Assembly (NCBI GenBank): GCA_938091905.1
Contig: CALKOM010000062.1
Coordinates: 1-64,000 of the forward strand
Source: an uncultured Verrucomicrobiales bacterium
Lineage (GTDB): Bacteria; Verrucomicrobiota; Verrucomicrobiia; Verrucomicrobiales; DEV007
DNA length: 64,000 nt
Direction of reading: 5' to 3'
Shown here: one piece after another, positions 18,400 through 27,902 of the stretch
Layout: every line of letters starts with the position of its first letter
Numbering within the stretch: position 1 is the stretch's first letter
The notes under the pieces: model-generated
Told to the model about the DNA's origin: nothing
Database searches by the model: none
Seen by the model: the letters and a program-made list of their open reading frames with translations, nothing else
Position numbers and translations under genes: made by a program

Positions 18400-19827
18400 T
18401 TATTTAAGACCGATAGAGAAGCTATTGACGTAGTCGACTGGCTGCCGCCCATCGTATGAATTTCCGTCAATGAAGTCTGTCGATGGAGCGCGGTAGCCAT
18501 CTGTCCCGAATGGAAAGTCAGACGTTTCCGCTTTGCCCTCAGCAACTAACATCTTTGCTGCTCTTTCGTAGACGTCTGGACGATAGATATTCTTGGCCAT
18601 CTCGTGATACCAATCATCGGCCTTCTGTTCTGGAATTTGCCCCCAGCGCACCATTTGCGTTAGGAACCAGATACAATCACTGTAAAATGGATACGAAGCA
18701 TTGTAGCGGAAGAACACGTTGAAATCAGGCATGGGGCGCTTGTCGCCTACTTCGAATTCGAACGTGCCGGTCATGCTGTTGGCAATGACTTCGTAAGGCG
18801 CCCCGACATAGTTAGGTTGTGATAGGATTTTGGCGGCTTCTTTCCTGTTATCGAGGCTTGCATCGAGCCACTTGCCTGCACGTATGAGCGCCTTAGTGAC
18901 GGCTAGCCAGGTGTTGGGATTCTTCTCCGCCCACTCTTTGGAGACTCCGAAGACTTTCTCCGGATTGTTTTTCCAGATATCGTAGTTGGTCGTTACCGGA
19001 ACACCGATCTTCTTGAAGACAGCTTGCTGGTTCCAGGGCTCGCCCACGCAATACGCACAGATCGTTCCCGCTTCGAGCACGGAGGGCATCTGTGGCGGAG
19101 GCGTGACGGACAATTCCACATCACCATTGAGAAAACCGGGTACGTCCACCTGCTTAGTCGCGGGATCGAAGTAGAACCCGGGATTGATTCCGCTCGCAGC
19201 TAACCAATAGCGAATCTCGTAGTTGTGCGTGGACACGGGAAAGACCATGCCCATCTTAAGCTTGTTTCCAGCAGTCTTGGCTTCATCAACAATGGGCTTC
19301 AATGCATCTGCTTTGATGGGGTGGATTGGCTTGCCGTCGGAGCCTTTCGGCACGTCGGGCTTCATCTTCGCCCAAATGTCGTTCGAGACCGTGATACCAT
19401 TGCCGTTGTAATCGAGACTATACGCGGTGACAATGTCAGCCTGAGAGCCGAAGCCGACCGTCGCGCCGATCGGCTGTCCAGCAAGCATATGTGCGCCGTC
19501 GAGATCGCCATTGATAACGCGGTTGAGCAGTTCTTTCCAGTTGGCCTGGGCCTCAACGTTTACGCTGAGCCCTTCGTCGTCGAAGTAGCCTTTCTCTTTT
19601 GCGATGACGATTGGAGCACAGTCGGTCAGTTTGATGAAGCCGAACTTGAGAGTGTCCTTCTCGATATCGAGAAACTCCATCTCTGAAGAGATTGTTTGGT
19701 CGGCCTTTGGTGTTTCGAGAACTGCTTCGGGGTAGGCCGTGGATACGGAACTATCACTCTTTCCGCAAGAGGACAGCAGAAAGGCAGCCAAAGCGGTGAA
19801 TGGTATACTAAGGAAGGTTAGTTTCAT
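18400..19827 (-). CDS. nrtA: Nitrate ABC transporter substrate-binding lipoprotein (CmpA/NrtA family)
   Basis: Lipobox [31 protein letters not shown]. Confidence 0.92.
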   Translation of the reverse strand: MKLTFLSIPFTALAAFLLSSCGKSDSSVSTAYPEAVLETPKADQTISSEMEFLDIEKDTLKFGFIKLTDCAPIVIAKEKGYFDDEGLSVNVEAQANWKELLNRVINGDLDGAHMLAGQPIGATVGFGSQADIVTAYSLDYNGNGITVSNDIWAKMKPDVPKGSDGKPIHPIKADALKPIVDEAKTAGNKLKMGMVFPVSTHNYEIRYWLAASGINPGFYFDPATKQVDVPGFLNGDVELSVTPPPQMPSVLEAGTICAYCVGEPWNQQAVFKKIGVPVTTNYDIWKNNPEKVFGVSKEWAEKNPNTWLAVTKALIRAGKWLDASLDNRKEAAKILSQPNYVGAPYEVIANSMTGTFEFEVGDKRPMPDFNVFFRYNASYPFYSDCIWFLTQMVRWGQIPEQKADDWYHEMAKNIYRPDVYERAAKMLVAEGKAETSDFPFGTDGYRAPSTDFIDGNSYDGRQPVDYVNSFSIGLK

Positions 19828-19864
19828 TAATTCGAGGTAGGTAAGGTTTTGATAATTGAGGAGA

Positions 19865-19944
19865 GCTTCAGTTGTGCCACAACGTGACCGCCTGAGAGCT
19901 GGTGAGGTGAATCCGGCTCATAGAGGGAATGAGCCTGATTCATC
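19865..19944 (-). promoter_or_regulatory. nrtA promoter: sigma54-like -24/-12 plus palindromic operator inside a 39-bp inverted repeat
   Basis: Minus strand TGGCACAACTGAAGC (GG 19878-19877, GC 19866-19865); TCAT-N7-ATGA 19918-19932 within IR 19906-19944. Confidence 0.7.
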
Positions 19945-19951
19945 TGCTAGT

Positions 19952-21235
19952 TTAGAACTTGAAATTTAGTTCCGCGCTGAAGCGTGTCGTGTCGGTTGCG
20001 AGCTCATCGGCATCGTAGTATGAGGCCTTGGCAATGAAGGTGGCGTTGTCATTGATCTTCTTGATCAGCACGAGATCGATTTCGTCGCCGTAGTCATCGG
20101 CACCGAAACCGTCGTCATCTGCGAAGAAGTGGTGATAAGCCGCCTTGAGCGCGAATCCTTTAGGGAGTTTCACGCCGGCTGAGACATAGACATCTTGAAG
20201 GCCGCCTGAAGGGGTGCCGAGAAACTTGTCCGCAAACCCGTTGAAGGCATGAAGCGTGGCCAGCGGTGTCCGAAACGCCATGCCGTCATCGGTTCCAAGG
20301 GATTCGAAGCCTACTCCGAAATCGAATTTGTCCACTATTCCGCCCAAAAAGACATGATAGTAGTCAGCTTGATAGTCTAGCGGGCTGTCGGCGGCATCTG
20401 TCTGGTGCGCATACTCCGCTAAGAACCTCAGCTTAAAGGATTCTGAGAGCGGATACGTTCCAGACAATGATAGACCAAAAGTATTGTTGCTTTGGGCATC
20501 ACCTGCTTTGTTTTCAAGATCCAGGAGGTAGGCATAGGCAGTAACTTTGGTATTTGGGATACCGGTGTAACCGGCATTGAGTAGGTGGCTGTTGCTGTCA
20601 AAATCGTTCTGCCCTGCAGCAGCTTTGTGCTGAGATCCGAAGATTCGGTTGACCCGATTGAGGTAGCTGTAGGAAACAATGGTGTCAGGAAAGAGTTTGG
20701 TCGTCACGTTGACGGCGTCAAAGGTCTGCTCGTTCTGCCTCCACCCGACGTTGCCGATGAAACGTGCGTTATCATAAATGATCCGCTGGCGCCCTAACTT
20801 AATTGTGGTGTCCGCAAAGGTGTAGCCGAGCCACAACCTGTTCATTTCCACAGACTCTGGGTCAGCGATGATCGTGTGATCTGCAGGGCCGTCAACACTC
20901 GCTGCCCGATAGCTATCATTGTCTGCCGCAATAGTACTTTCCAGTTCGATGAGACCGGTGAAGCCGTTCCACTCATTCAGCTTGGCACCGATCCGCGCGC
21001 GAAGTGTTGCTGCGTGTGATTCATCGAGTGGATCTTGATCGCCGAACTCGTAGCGCAATCGGAGGTCTGCGGTCGGTGTGAAGAGATCGGTAAACGCAAA
21101 CTCTGGTGGTTCAGAGACAGGCGGTTCCTCGATTTGCGGAGGCTCCTCGCCTCCGAGGAGAAGTGTTGAACTAAGAGCAAGGAGTGAAGGAACTCTGCTA
21201 GATTTGAGTAGATAGCTTAGGTGATGACTGATCAT
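19952..21235 (-). CDS. Outer-membrane beta-barrel porin (alginate-export family)
   Basis: LGRQRIIYDNARFIGNVGWRQNEQTFDA, FRTPLATLHAFNGFADKF, C-terminal F; start MISHH downstream of the promoter. Confidence 0.85.
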   Translation of the reverse strand: MISHHLSYLLKSSRVPSLLALSSTLLLGGEEPPQIEEPPVSEPPEFAFTDLFTPTADLRLRYEFGDQDPLDESHAATLRARIGAKLNEWNGFTGLIELESTIAADNDSYRAASVDGPADHTIIADPESVEMNRLWLGYTFADTTIKLGRQRIIYDNARFIGNVGWRQNEQTFDAVNVTTKLFPDTIVSYSYLNRVNRIFGSQHKAAAGQNDFDSNSHLLNAGYTGIPNTKVTAYAYLLDLENKAGDAQSNNTFGLSLSGTYPLSESFKLRFLAEYAHQTDAADSPLDYQADYYHVFLGGIVDKFDFGVGFESLGTDDGMAFRTPLATLHAFNGFADKFLGTPSGGLQDVYVSAGVKLPKGFALKAAYHHFFADDDGFGADDYGDEIDLVLIKKINDNATFIAKASYYDADELATDTTRFSAELNFKF

Positions 21236-21276
21236 GGTTGTGAGAAGACCGCTTTGGATCTTCCTCATGCGGTGAT

Positions 21277-21355
21277 GCTACCTTTGTGCCGCCAAAGGAG
21301 TTGATGCCATCCGCGGGAACAGAATTGATTCATACTTACTATGAATGAAATCGAT
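21277..21355 (-). promoter_or_regulatory. Porin promoter: sigma54-like -24/-12 plus palindromic operator
   Basis: Minus strand CGGCACAAAGGTAGC (GG 21290-21289, GC 21278-21277); ATTCAT-N7-ATGAAT 21328-21346. Confidence 0.7.
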
Positions 21356-22350
21356 CATGCCGAAATTGCCGTCCCAACGCTTGCTCGGTAAATGTCTTCC
21401 CGGAAGATCTGGTCGGCTGCGGGAAGGTAACGGTGGTTCTTGTCAATCACTTGGGAAAGGCGCATCTGAGTGATGAGCCAGTTCGCTTTATCTTTGGAGG
21501 GCGCATTCACGTCGTCGCCATGGAAGAGATGAAATTCCGGTCGATCCGCTCCCAGGCTGCCGTGTAATAACTTTTCATCACAGTTCAGATAGGATCTCTG
21601 TGAAAGTATCCGTGCCACCTGCTCGCGCCCGTCATCGGTATCACAGAGTTGGCACGCCTGAGTGATCGCTTGTATCAATGCGAAATGATCCTCCGGTCGC
21701 TTTTCAGCGAAATCTTCCGTGACCAGAAACGCCTTCTCAGGATGCATAGGCACAAGATCCACGGACGTCGCCATAACAGAGCCACTATCATTCCTGCTGG
21801 CGGTCGTATTGAAAGGTTCACCAACGCAGAAGCCATCGAGGAAGCCTTCTTCCAAGCAGGCGTTCATTTGCGAAGGAGGGAGGACCACCAACTCCACCTC
21901 TTTCCCTGGAACAAGATTACCCGATCGTAACCATTGCCGTAGTAGAAAGTGATGCGAGCTGAAGAGGTGGGGGATACCGAAAGTGAGTCGGCGTTGTTCT
22001 GTCTGGACGTAGCTTTCTAACGATATGGCATCTGTCACTCCGGCGTCGATAAACTTCGAGGCCAAGGTGACCGCGTCTCCATGAGAGTTGAAAAGCAAGC
22101 CAGTCAAGCAGGGCCGAGAGACCACACCCTGCCCCCAAGAGATGGCAAAGCAAAGCCCCGCTAAGGCATGGGCTGCAGCGAGCTCGCCGTAAGCGACCTT
22201 GTCTCGAATGCTGGCCCACCCAGGTTCCCGGACAAGTTGCACGTGGAGGCCGTGTTCCTTGAAGTATCCTAACTCTTTGGCGAGCACGAGAGGCGCGCAG
22301 TCAAGGAGTGGGACGAATCCGATCTTAATAAGGGCGGTGGGGTAGGGCAC
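21355..22350 (-). CDS. Cytoplasmic CmpA/NrtA-family nitrate sensor (NasS-like)
   Basis: GFVPLLDCAP, WASIRDKV, FCVGEPF, HPEKAF; no signal peptide; GTG start at 22350 after GGAG and sigma54-like TGGCACGAATTCCGC (22378-22364). Confidence 0.75.
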   Translation of the reverse strand: MPYPTALIKIGFVPLLDCAPLVLAKELGYFKEHGLHVQLVREPGWASIRDKVAYGELAAAHALAGLCFAISWGQGVVSRPCLTGLLFNSHGDAVTLASKFIDAGVTDAISLESYVQTEQRRLTFGIPHLFSSHHFLLRQWLRSGNLVPGKEVELVVLPPSQMNACLEEGFLDGFCVGEPFNTTASRNDSGSVMATSVDLVPMHPEKAFLVTEDFAEKRPEDHFALIQAITQACQLCDTDDGREQVARILSQRSYLNCDEKLLHGSLGADRPEFHLFHGDDVNAPSKDKANWLITQMRLSQVIDKNHRYLPAADQIFREDIYRASVGTAISA

Positions 22351-22423
22351 GACATCTCCCAAAGCGGAATTCGTGCCATTCCGGCGAGGGTGGTCTGCAT
22401 CCTGCTCTGATGGCAAGTCTAGG

Positions 22424-23359
22424 ATGGAGCTTCTCGACACACGCCAACTGCGAGCCTTTCAGGAACTCGCTCGCTATCAAAGCTTTACGGCAGCATCCCG
22501 GGCATTGCATCTTACCCAATCTGCCGTGAGCCACTCGATCAAGGCTCTAGAGTCCACACTCGACATGGCTCTATTTGAGCGGCAAGGCAGAGTGGTGCGC
22601 CTCACTTCGGCTGGAACGAAATTCCTTCCCCACGCTCTAGAAGTGCTCAACCGTATGCGCAGTGCTGTCGATGCGGTTGAGGCTATCCGGCACCCAGGCT
22701 ACGGTCGCCTCTCAATTGGTAGTACAATCACAATGAGCCATGCGGTTCTCCCTGCGGTATTGCGAGAGTTTCGCGGAAGCTTTCCCAATTATGAGATCAC
22801 GATCTCGACGGACGACACGCGCGAGTTGCTGAACTTGTTGGGCAATGGGACGATTGATCTGGCGATCGGAATGGAGCTCTCTGGAACGTCTACCTATCAC
22901 TTTCGGCATTTCTTTACTGACCGCATTGCCATGGCTATGGCCCCTGTTCATCCCCTAGCCAAGTCGGATTCCATTTCTGCTGGAGACCTTGTCGATCAGG
23001 ATTTTATCTTTTACAGCCGGGAGAGTGAAACCTACCAGATCCTGACCCGTGGGTTTGCGGAGTCGAAGAGCCGATTGCGTGGCCATCTCCAAGTGGGATC
23101 GATGGCAGCTATCAAAGAAATGGCCCGACTCGGGATGGGTGTTGGACTACTTGCTCCTTGGATTGCCCGGGAGGAACTAGCGTCAGGAACCTTGATCACG
23201 AAACCACTTCCATGGAAGCACGCCGACCGACGATGGGGACTGTATTCCGCGCAGTCCTCACCTAGTAGTATGGCTGAGCTGGTGCTGTTCGGCATCATTC
23301 AAGATGTCGCGAAAGCGCTCGACGGCTTTGAGGTTGACACCTGCGGCTCTGTGGCTTGA
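22424..23359 (+). CDS. LysR-family transcriptional regulator
   Basis: LDTRQLRAF...SFTAASRALHLTQSAVSHSIKALE HTH. Confidence 0.95.
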   Translation: MELLDTRQLRAFQELARYQSFTAASRALHLTQSAVSHSIKALESTLDMALFERQGRVVRLTSAGTKFLPHALEVLNRMRSAVDAVEAIRHPGYGRLSIGSTITMSHAVLPAVLREFRGSFPNYEITISTDDTRELLNLLGNGTIDLAIGMELSGTSTYHFRHFFTDRIAMAMAPVHPLAKSDSISAGDLVDQDFIFYSRESETYQILTRGFAESKSRLRGHLQVGSMAAIKEMARLGMGVGLLAPWIAREELASGTLITKPLPWKHADRRWGLYSAQSSPSSMAELVLFGIIQDVAKALDGFEVDTCGSVA

Positions 23360-23605
23360 TAAAAGTGGACATGGGCACAGGGAGAGTTTTCCGCTTTTTG
23401 TGTGGAGGGAAACAACTCTTGGCCCGACCGAAAGAACTGGGCTACTACTAGCATCCATCTCCTAACTCGCCCGCTGTAGATTCCACTGCCTGTTTCATGC
23501 GAGCGATACCGCGAGACTTTGCGACATAAACGGCCCGCGTTCCATGCCTAACGTTACTGTGGCGTTGTTCTTATCTACGTCACCAATCGTTGTTATCCAG
23601 AACGC

Positions 23606-23800
23606 TTGCCAGGTGTGTTCACTGACTTGAGGCTTCACGTGTTGGGCTTCCCATTGGAAGACATGTTGATGATACTCGGAATCTCAAGCGGCCTCTTCTT
23701 TAGTCGGTATTTCCTTGATCATTCGGACTACCGCAGATCGGCCGGAGCCGTAATCTTGATGGGCATTCTCGCGAAAGTGATCCATGAGTTTGGATCGTAG
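23606..23800 (+). CDS. Small hydrophobic hypothetical protein (possibly a fragment)
   Basis: Two hydrophobic stretches; no family recognised. Confidence 0.2.
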   Translation: MPGVFTDLRLHVLGFPLEDMLMILGISSGLFFSRYFLDHSDYRRSAGAVILMGILAKVIHEFGS

Positions 23801-24142
23801 AACGCGAAAGAACCAACTCTGTAAAGTGTGCGTGTTAGTCTAGTGATCAAACTTTGGAATCGCCTTGGCAATAGCCCGCAACGCGTTCCGGACCACATTC
23901 TCTACGTCCGCTTTCTAGAGCCCGGGCCTGGAGACGAGGCTGTACATGACTGGTGCATAGGGCTCGATGAATTCACCCCAAGACTGCTAATCCTCCTGTG
24001 ATACGAGACCTTTGATAGTGCATGAGCGAGACAGCGCAGACACGATCATCACTGACTTTCCATTGTGTGCTTCCGTCTTTCATGGAAAAGGCAACGATCC
24101 CTGCATCATCTGCTACGACTGGAAGAGTGGCAGTTCTGTTAG

Positions 24143-24607
24143 CAACAAGAGGAATGGAGACAAGCCAAGGCTGAGGAGAAAGCGGTCATCAAAGGGAGTC
24201 GATTCATCCTGCTCGCGAATGAAGAGAACCTAGATGATAGAGGAAGCGTCAGACTAAGAGCTCTCCAAGAGATCAATGAGAACATCACCACGGCCTACTT
24301 TCTGAAGGGGCAGTTCCGGGTGGTGCACGCTTACCGCTATCCAGGCTGTGCGAAGAAAGCATTGTTGCAGTGGTGCAACACAGCTGCCGAAAGCGGCCTA
24401 TCACCATTTCAGAGACTAGCAAAAGGGTTCCAAAAGCAGGCGGACAAGATCGTGCCCTTCTGTAAACATCAAATCACTTCAGGAAAGATCGAAGGATTCA
24501 ACGATCTCGTATCACGAGTGGTAGACCGGGCCTGAGGCATCACAGATCTTGGCTACGCCTAGCTCAAGTTCCGATAGCTTTCTATCCAGCAAACCTGACG
24601 GAGAGCC
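24143..24607 (+). mobile_element. ISL3-family transposase C-terminal remnant with terminal IR
   Basis: IKGSRFILLANEENL...TAYFLKGQF...ITSGKIEGFN...RA*G; internal stops; ends in GAGAGCC (ISL3 ends begin GGCTCT). Confidence 0.8.
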
Positions 24608-26068
24608 AATTTTTGTCCAAACTCATCATGAGTGAACCCCCAAGGATTATGAACGTCTGTCTGGACGACCCGCTCGACTTTCCAAGACTTGGGGTCAAAG
24701 CGCCACGCGCCTCCATCAGCCATTCGCTCACTTTCCCAAGGGGTTTCTACCTGTGAGTGAAGGAAACGGCCCTCACACATGAAGATGCAACCGCCGTTAT
24801 CGAAATCGAATGCCGAGATCGCGTGATTGGTATCGTTGGGATCAAAACCGTCCAAGATATATTCCTTGGTGTCTGCGCGGGCATCACCATCCGTGTCTTT
24901 GTGAATGGTTAGATAAGGTTCCTCAGAAATGTAGACGCCTTCTGGTGTGAGTTCAAAACCGATTGGCACGTGAAGACCATCGGCGAAGACGGTCTCTTTA
25001 TCCGCTCGCCCATCGCCATCCGTGTCTTCATAGATGAGGAGTTTATCGTTAGGACGCTCGCCGCCAGGCTTGTAGTGTGGATAACTTGGGACCGTGGACA
25101 CCCAGAGACGCCCACGATAGTCATTTTTCCAGAACCATGACTTATCGAGAATGGCCTCGGTTAGAAGAGGATTCACATCTGCGCCCGTAGCCTTGTCGGA
25201 GAGAGTACTCATGAGAATAGGAGCTAAGGCTGCATAGCCTTGATCATTTAGGTGAACGCCATTGAAGGTGTGCGGAGAGTCAGCGCCACCGAACATCGTA
25301 AGTGTAGGCTGGTAGAGGTCAATCAAACCGACAGATTTCAGTGAAGCGATCTCTTTGATCGCTGTAGCATACCGATTGAGGTCAGTGTTTCTAAGGCGTG
25401 CTGAGGGCAAGTGATAGTCAGGGTGCTGCTCCATGGCCCAAAACCAATTGTGGTGCCTTCTTCCCGTTGTAGGCCTTGCGTTGCGTGTGATTGATGAAGG
25501 CAGCCAGCTCATCGCGGAAACGGGCAAGGCCTTCAGGTCCGTGAAACGATTCGTTGAATCCCAAAAAGGCGACGATGGTGTCCGCTTCAATAATCGTCAG
25601 CCATTCATCGGGTGTCGGGTAATGTCCCTTCCGATAGTGACTGTTGATTTCTGGATGAAATTGTTTGGCCTCAGGAAACGCTCAGGGATTCGGTTGTCCT
25701 ATCTCGGGCCGGAATCCAGGAGTGTGGTCGGGAATTCCCATGTTTCGAAAGGTGATCTCGCTTGTCGGAAAATGCTGATGCAACAGCGTTTCGAAGAGGC
25801 CAAAGTGCTGCATGCGCTCCGCCAAGCCATTGCCAATGAACACGAGGCGCTCTCCTTTCGCTGGGGTGAGCGGCAAGTTGGTGGCGGTGACCGGCTGACC
25901 ACTGACATCCGTCGGTTCGCGAAACTCCGGTCGCTTCTTGTCTTGCTGCTGTTCCTCGACCGAGGTGATGGTCGAGTTGGCCTTGGGACCTTCAAGCGGA
26001 GAGACCGCTCCGTTTGCAAATGCTGTGTCTACCAGTAGCAGCGCGATGGAGGTGAGGAGATGGTTCAA
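24608..26068 (-). pseudogene. Degraded PVC-type heme-binding/dehydrogenase protein (SGNH + beta-propeller), truncated by ISL3
   Basis: Signal peptide, GERLVFIGNGLAERM, NGVHLN, GRLWVST, EDTDGDGRADK, NPWGFTHDEFGQ running straight into the IS end; broken frames. Confidence 0.75.
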
Positions 26069-26118
26069 AAACTGGAATTCTACTGATGGTGCTCTTGCCC
26101 AAAGCTCAACCTCGATAT

Positions 26119-26898
26119 CTATTCTCGGTAGCGCAGTCTGTGTTTCAGTGGGGTCATGCCAGTGTGCTTCCGAAACTGCTGGGTGAAGGCGCTTTGATCA
26201 CAAAATCCAAAGTCGCCCGCGATCTCGGAAATTGATCCATCTTGGTGGATCAGCGCATCGCAACTTGCTTGAATTCGTGTCTTTGCGAGGAACTCTTGCA
26301 CTCCCATTTCGAAGACCGCGCGAAACTTGCGATGGAGTTGTCGTTCCGATACACCCACTTTGCGAGCCAGGGCAGATACATTGATCCGCCCGGAGTGATG
26401 CTCTCGGATATAGTCGAAAGCTTCGTTGATGTGTGAGTATGGAAGGAACGACTCTTTCTTGCCCTCATGGCTCTGAACGAACCCCATGAGGCCGATAATG
26501 CCGCCCTTTTGATCATGAAGAGGTAGCTTGTTAGTGATAAACCAGTCTAGTAAGTGCTGTTCATTGTACTAGATCTCAACGCGATTGATAAGTGGCTTGC
26601 CGGTCTTGATGACCTGTTGATCATCTTGGACAAAGTTGTCGGCTAGCTGGGGAGGGAAATATTCGTGGTCACGCGTGCCGACGATACTGTCTTCGTCTAG
26701 CACGCCGAGACGTTCGAGGATCGGCTGACTCGCGCACATCAATCGACTCTCGCGATCTTTGGCAAAGAAGTAAATCCCTGGCAAAGGTTCAAACAGCAAA
26801 TGAAACTGCTGAGTTCCCATCTGGGCGAAGAAGTCGCCGCGGACCTGACGACGAGATTGCGTAGAGTCACCATTTGAATTCGGCTTGGATTCTGGCAA
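26119..26898 (-). pseudogene. PAS + AraC transcriptional regulator with one in-frame TAG
   Basis: FFAKDRESRL PAS part and GFCDQSAFTQQFRKHTGMTP AraC part are in frame, separated by RVEI-TAG(26571-26569)-YNEQHLLDWFITNKLPL. Confidence 0.8.
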
Positions 26899-26906
26899 CC
26901 ACGAAA

Positions 26907-27899
26907 CTAAACTTTGCCTTCGTAGATCTGGAGGACCAGTTCTGTGGCAAGACGACCGGATGAGGCGGGTACCATGGGCTGTCTGCCGGTCTTCGCAGCC
27001 TCAATGAAGTCTTTCACGATCGCTTCATGGCCGGCGGTGTCCTCAACTGCGGCTGTTCCAGCGCCGCTGTGGACCTCGAAGTCCACCTGCTGCTGAGGCC
27101 GGTCCACACCGTCTACGTGCCACGCGGTGATCTCATCGTTCTCCATCACGAGGCTACCACGTTCTCCGTGGATCTCCAAGATGGGTGCGAATCCTGGTTT
27201 CGTCGCGGTGGAAGCAGTGACTGTTCCAATCATTCCATTGGCATAACGCAGCAGGGCGACTCCGTGATCTTCAGCTTCGATCTCGTGGGTGAAGGTGTCT
27301 AACATACTAACGACTTTGCAGGGCATGCCAAAGAACCACGTGAAGATGTCAACGTTGTGGGCGGCCTGTTGAATAAACGGGCCTCCACCGTCAATGGCGT
27401 AACCACCGCGGTAGTCTCCTGAATTGTAGTAATCCATGTCACGGTAGAACTTCACACGCATGTCTGCGGCGAAGACACGTCCCAAGGCAGTGGCATCTAG
27501 GAGGGCTTTGACCGCCACATTGTCAGGGCTCATACGTCGCTGAAAGGTCACGGCAAGAGTCACTCCGGCGCCGTCGCAGGCCTGGGTCATCTGATCCATG
27601 TTCTCGCGAGAGATATCGAGTACTTTCTCGGTGAGGACGTGTTTACCCAAGGCAGCGGCTTCTTTAGCCTGAACGTGATGCGTTCCATTGGGAGTGCAGA
27701 GAATGACACCGTCAAAGGGACGCTGAAGTTCACCTAGTGAGTCAGCAACTTCGGCCTCCTCAGGCAGCCAATCGGGGCGACGTCCGCTGCGAGACACGAG
27801 TCCTCCCAGCGAAGCGCCGTCAATATTGGCAAGAGCCCTAGCGTAGGTCGACCCGATATTCCCTGAGCCGATGATGACGAAGGTGAACGACAGGGCCAT
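26907..27899 (-). CDS. Gfo/Idh/MocA-family oxidoreductase
   Basis: IIGSGNIG, CTPNGTH, GKHVLTEK, GGGPFIQQAAH. Confidence 0.92.
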   Translation of the reverse strand: MALSFTFVIIGSGNIGSTYARALANIDGASLGGLVSRSGRRPDWLPEEAEVADSLGELQRPFDGVILCTPNGTHHVQAKEAAALGKHVLTEKVLDISRENMDQMTQACDGAGVTLAVTFQRRMSPDNVAVKALLDATALGRVFAADMRVKFYRDMDYYNSGDYRGGYAIDGGGPFIQQAAHNVDIFTWFFGMPCKVVSMLDTFTHEIEAEDHGVALLRYANGMIGTVTASTATKPGFAPILEIHGERGSLVMENDEITAWHVDGVDRPQQQVDFEVHSGAGTAAVEDTAGHEAIVKDFIEAAKTGRQPMVPASSGRLATELVLQIYEGKV

Positions 27900-27902
27900 A
27901 CG

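Noticed and set aside
19828..19951. ANTAR tandem hairpins in the nrtA leader
   Set aside because: No paired hexaloop hairpins recognised; the IR present is better explained as operator and/or porin terminator
26569..26571. Pyrrolysine or amber recoding
   Set aside because: No pyl genes in view, and TAG serves as a normal stop for many genes in this window
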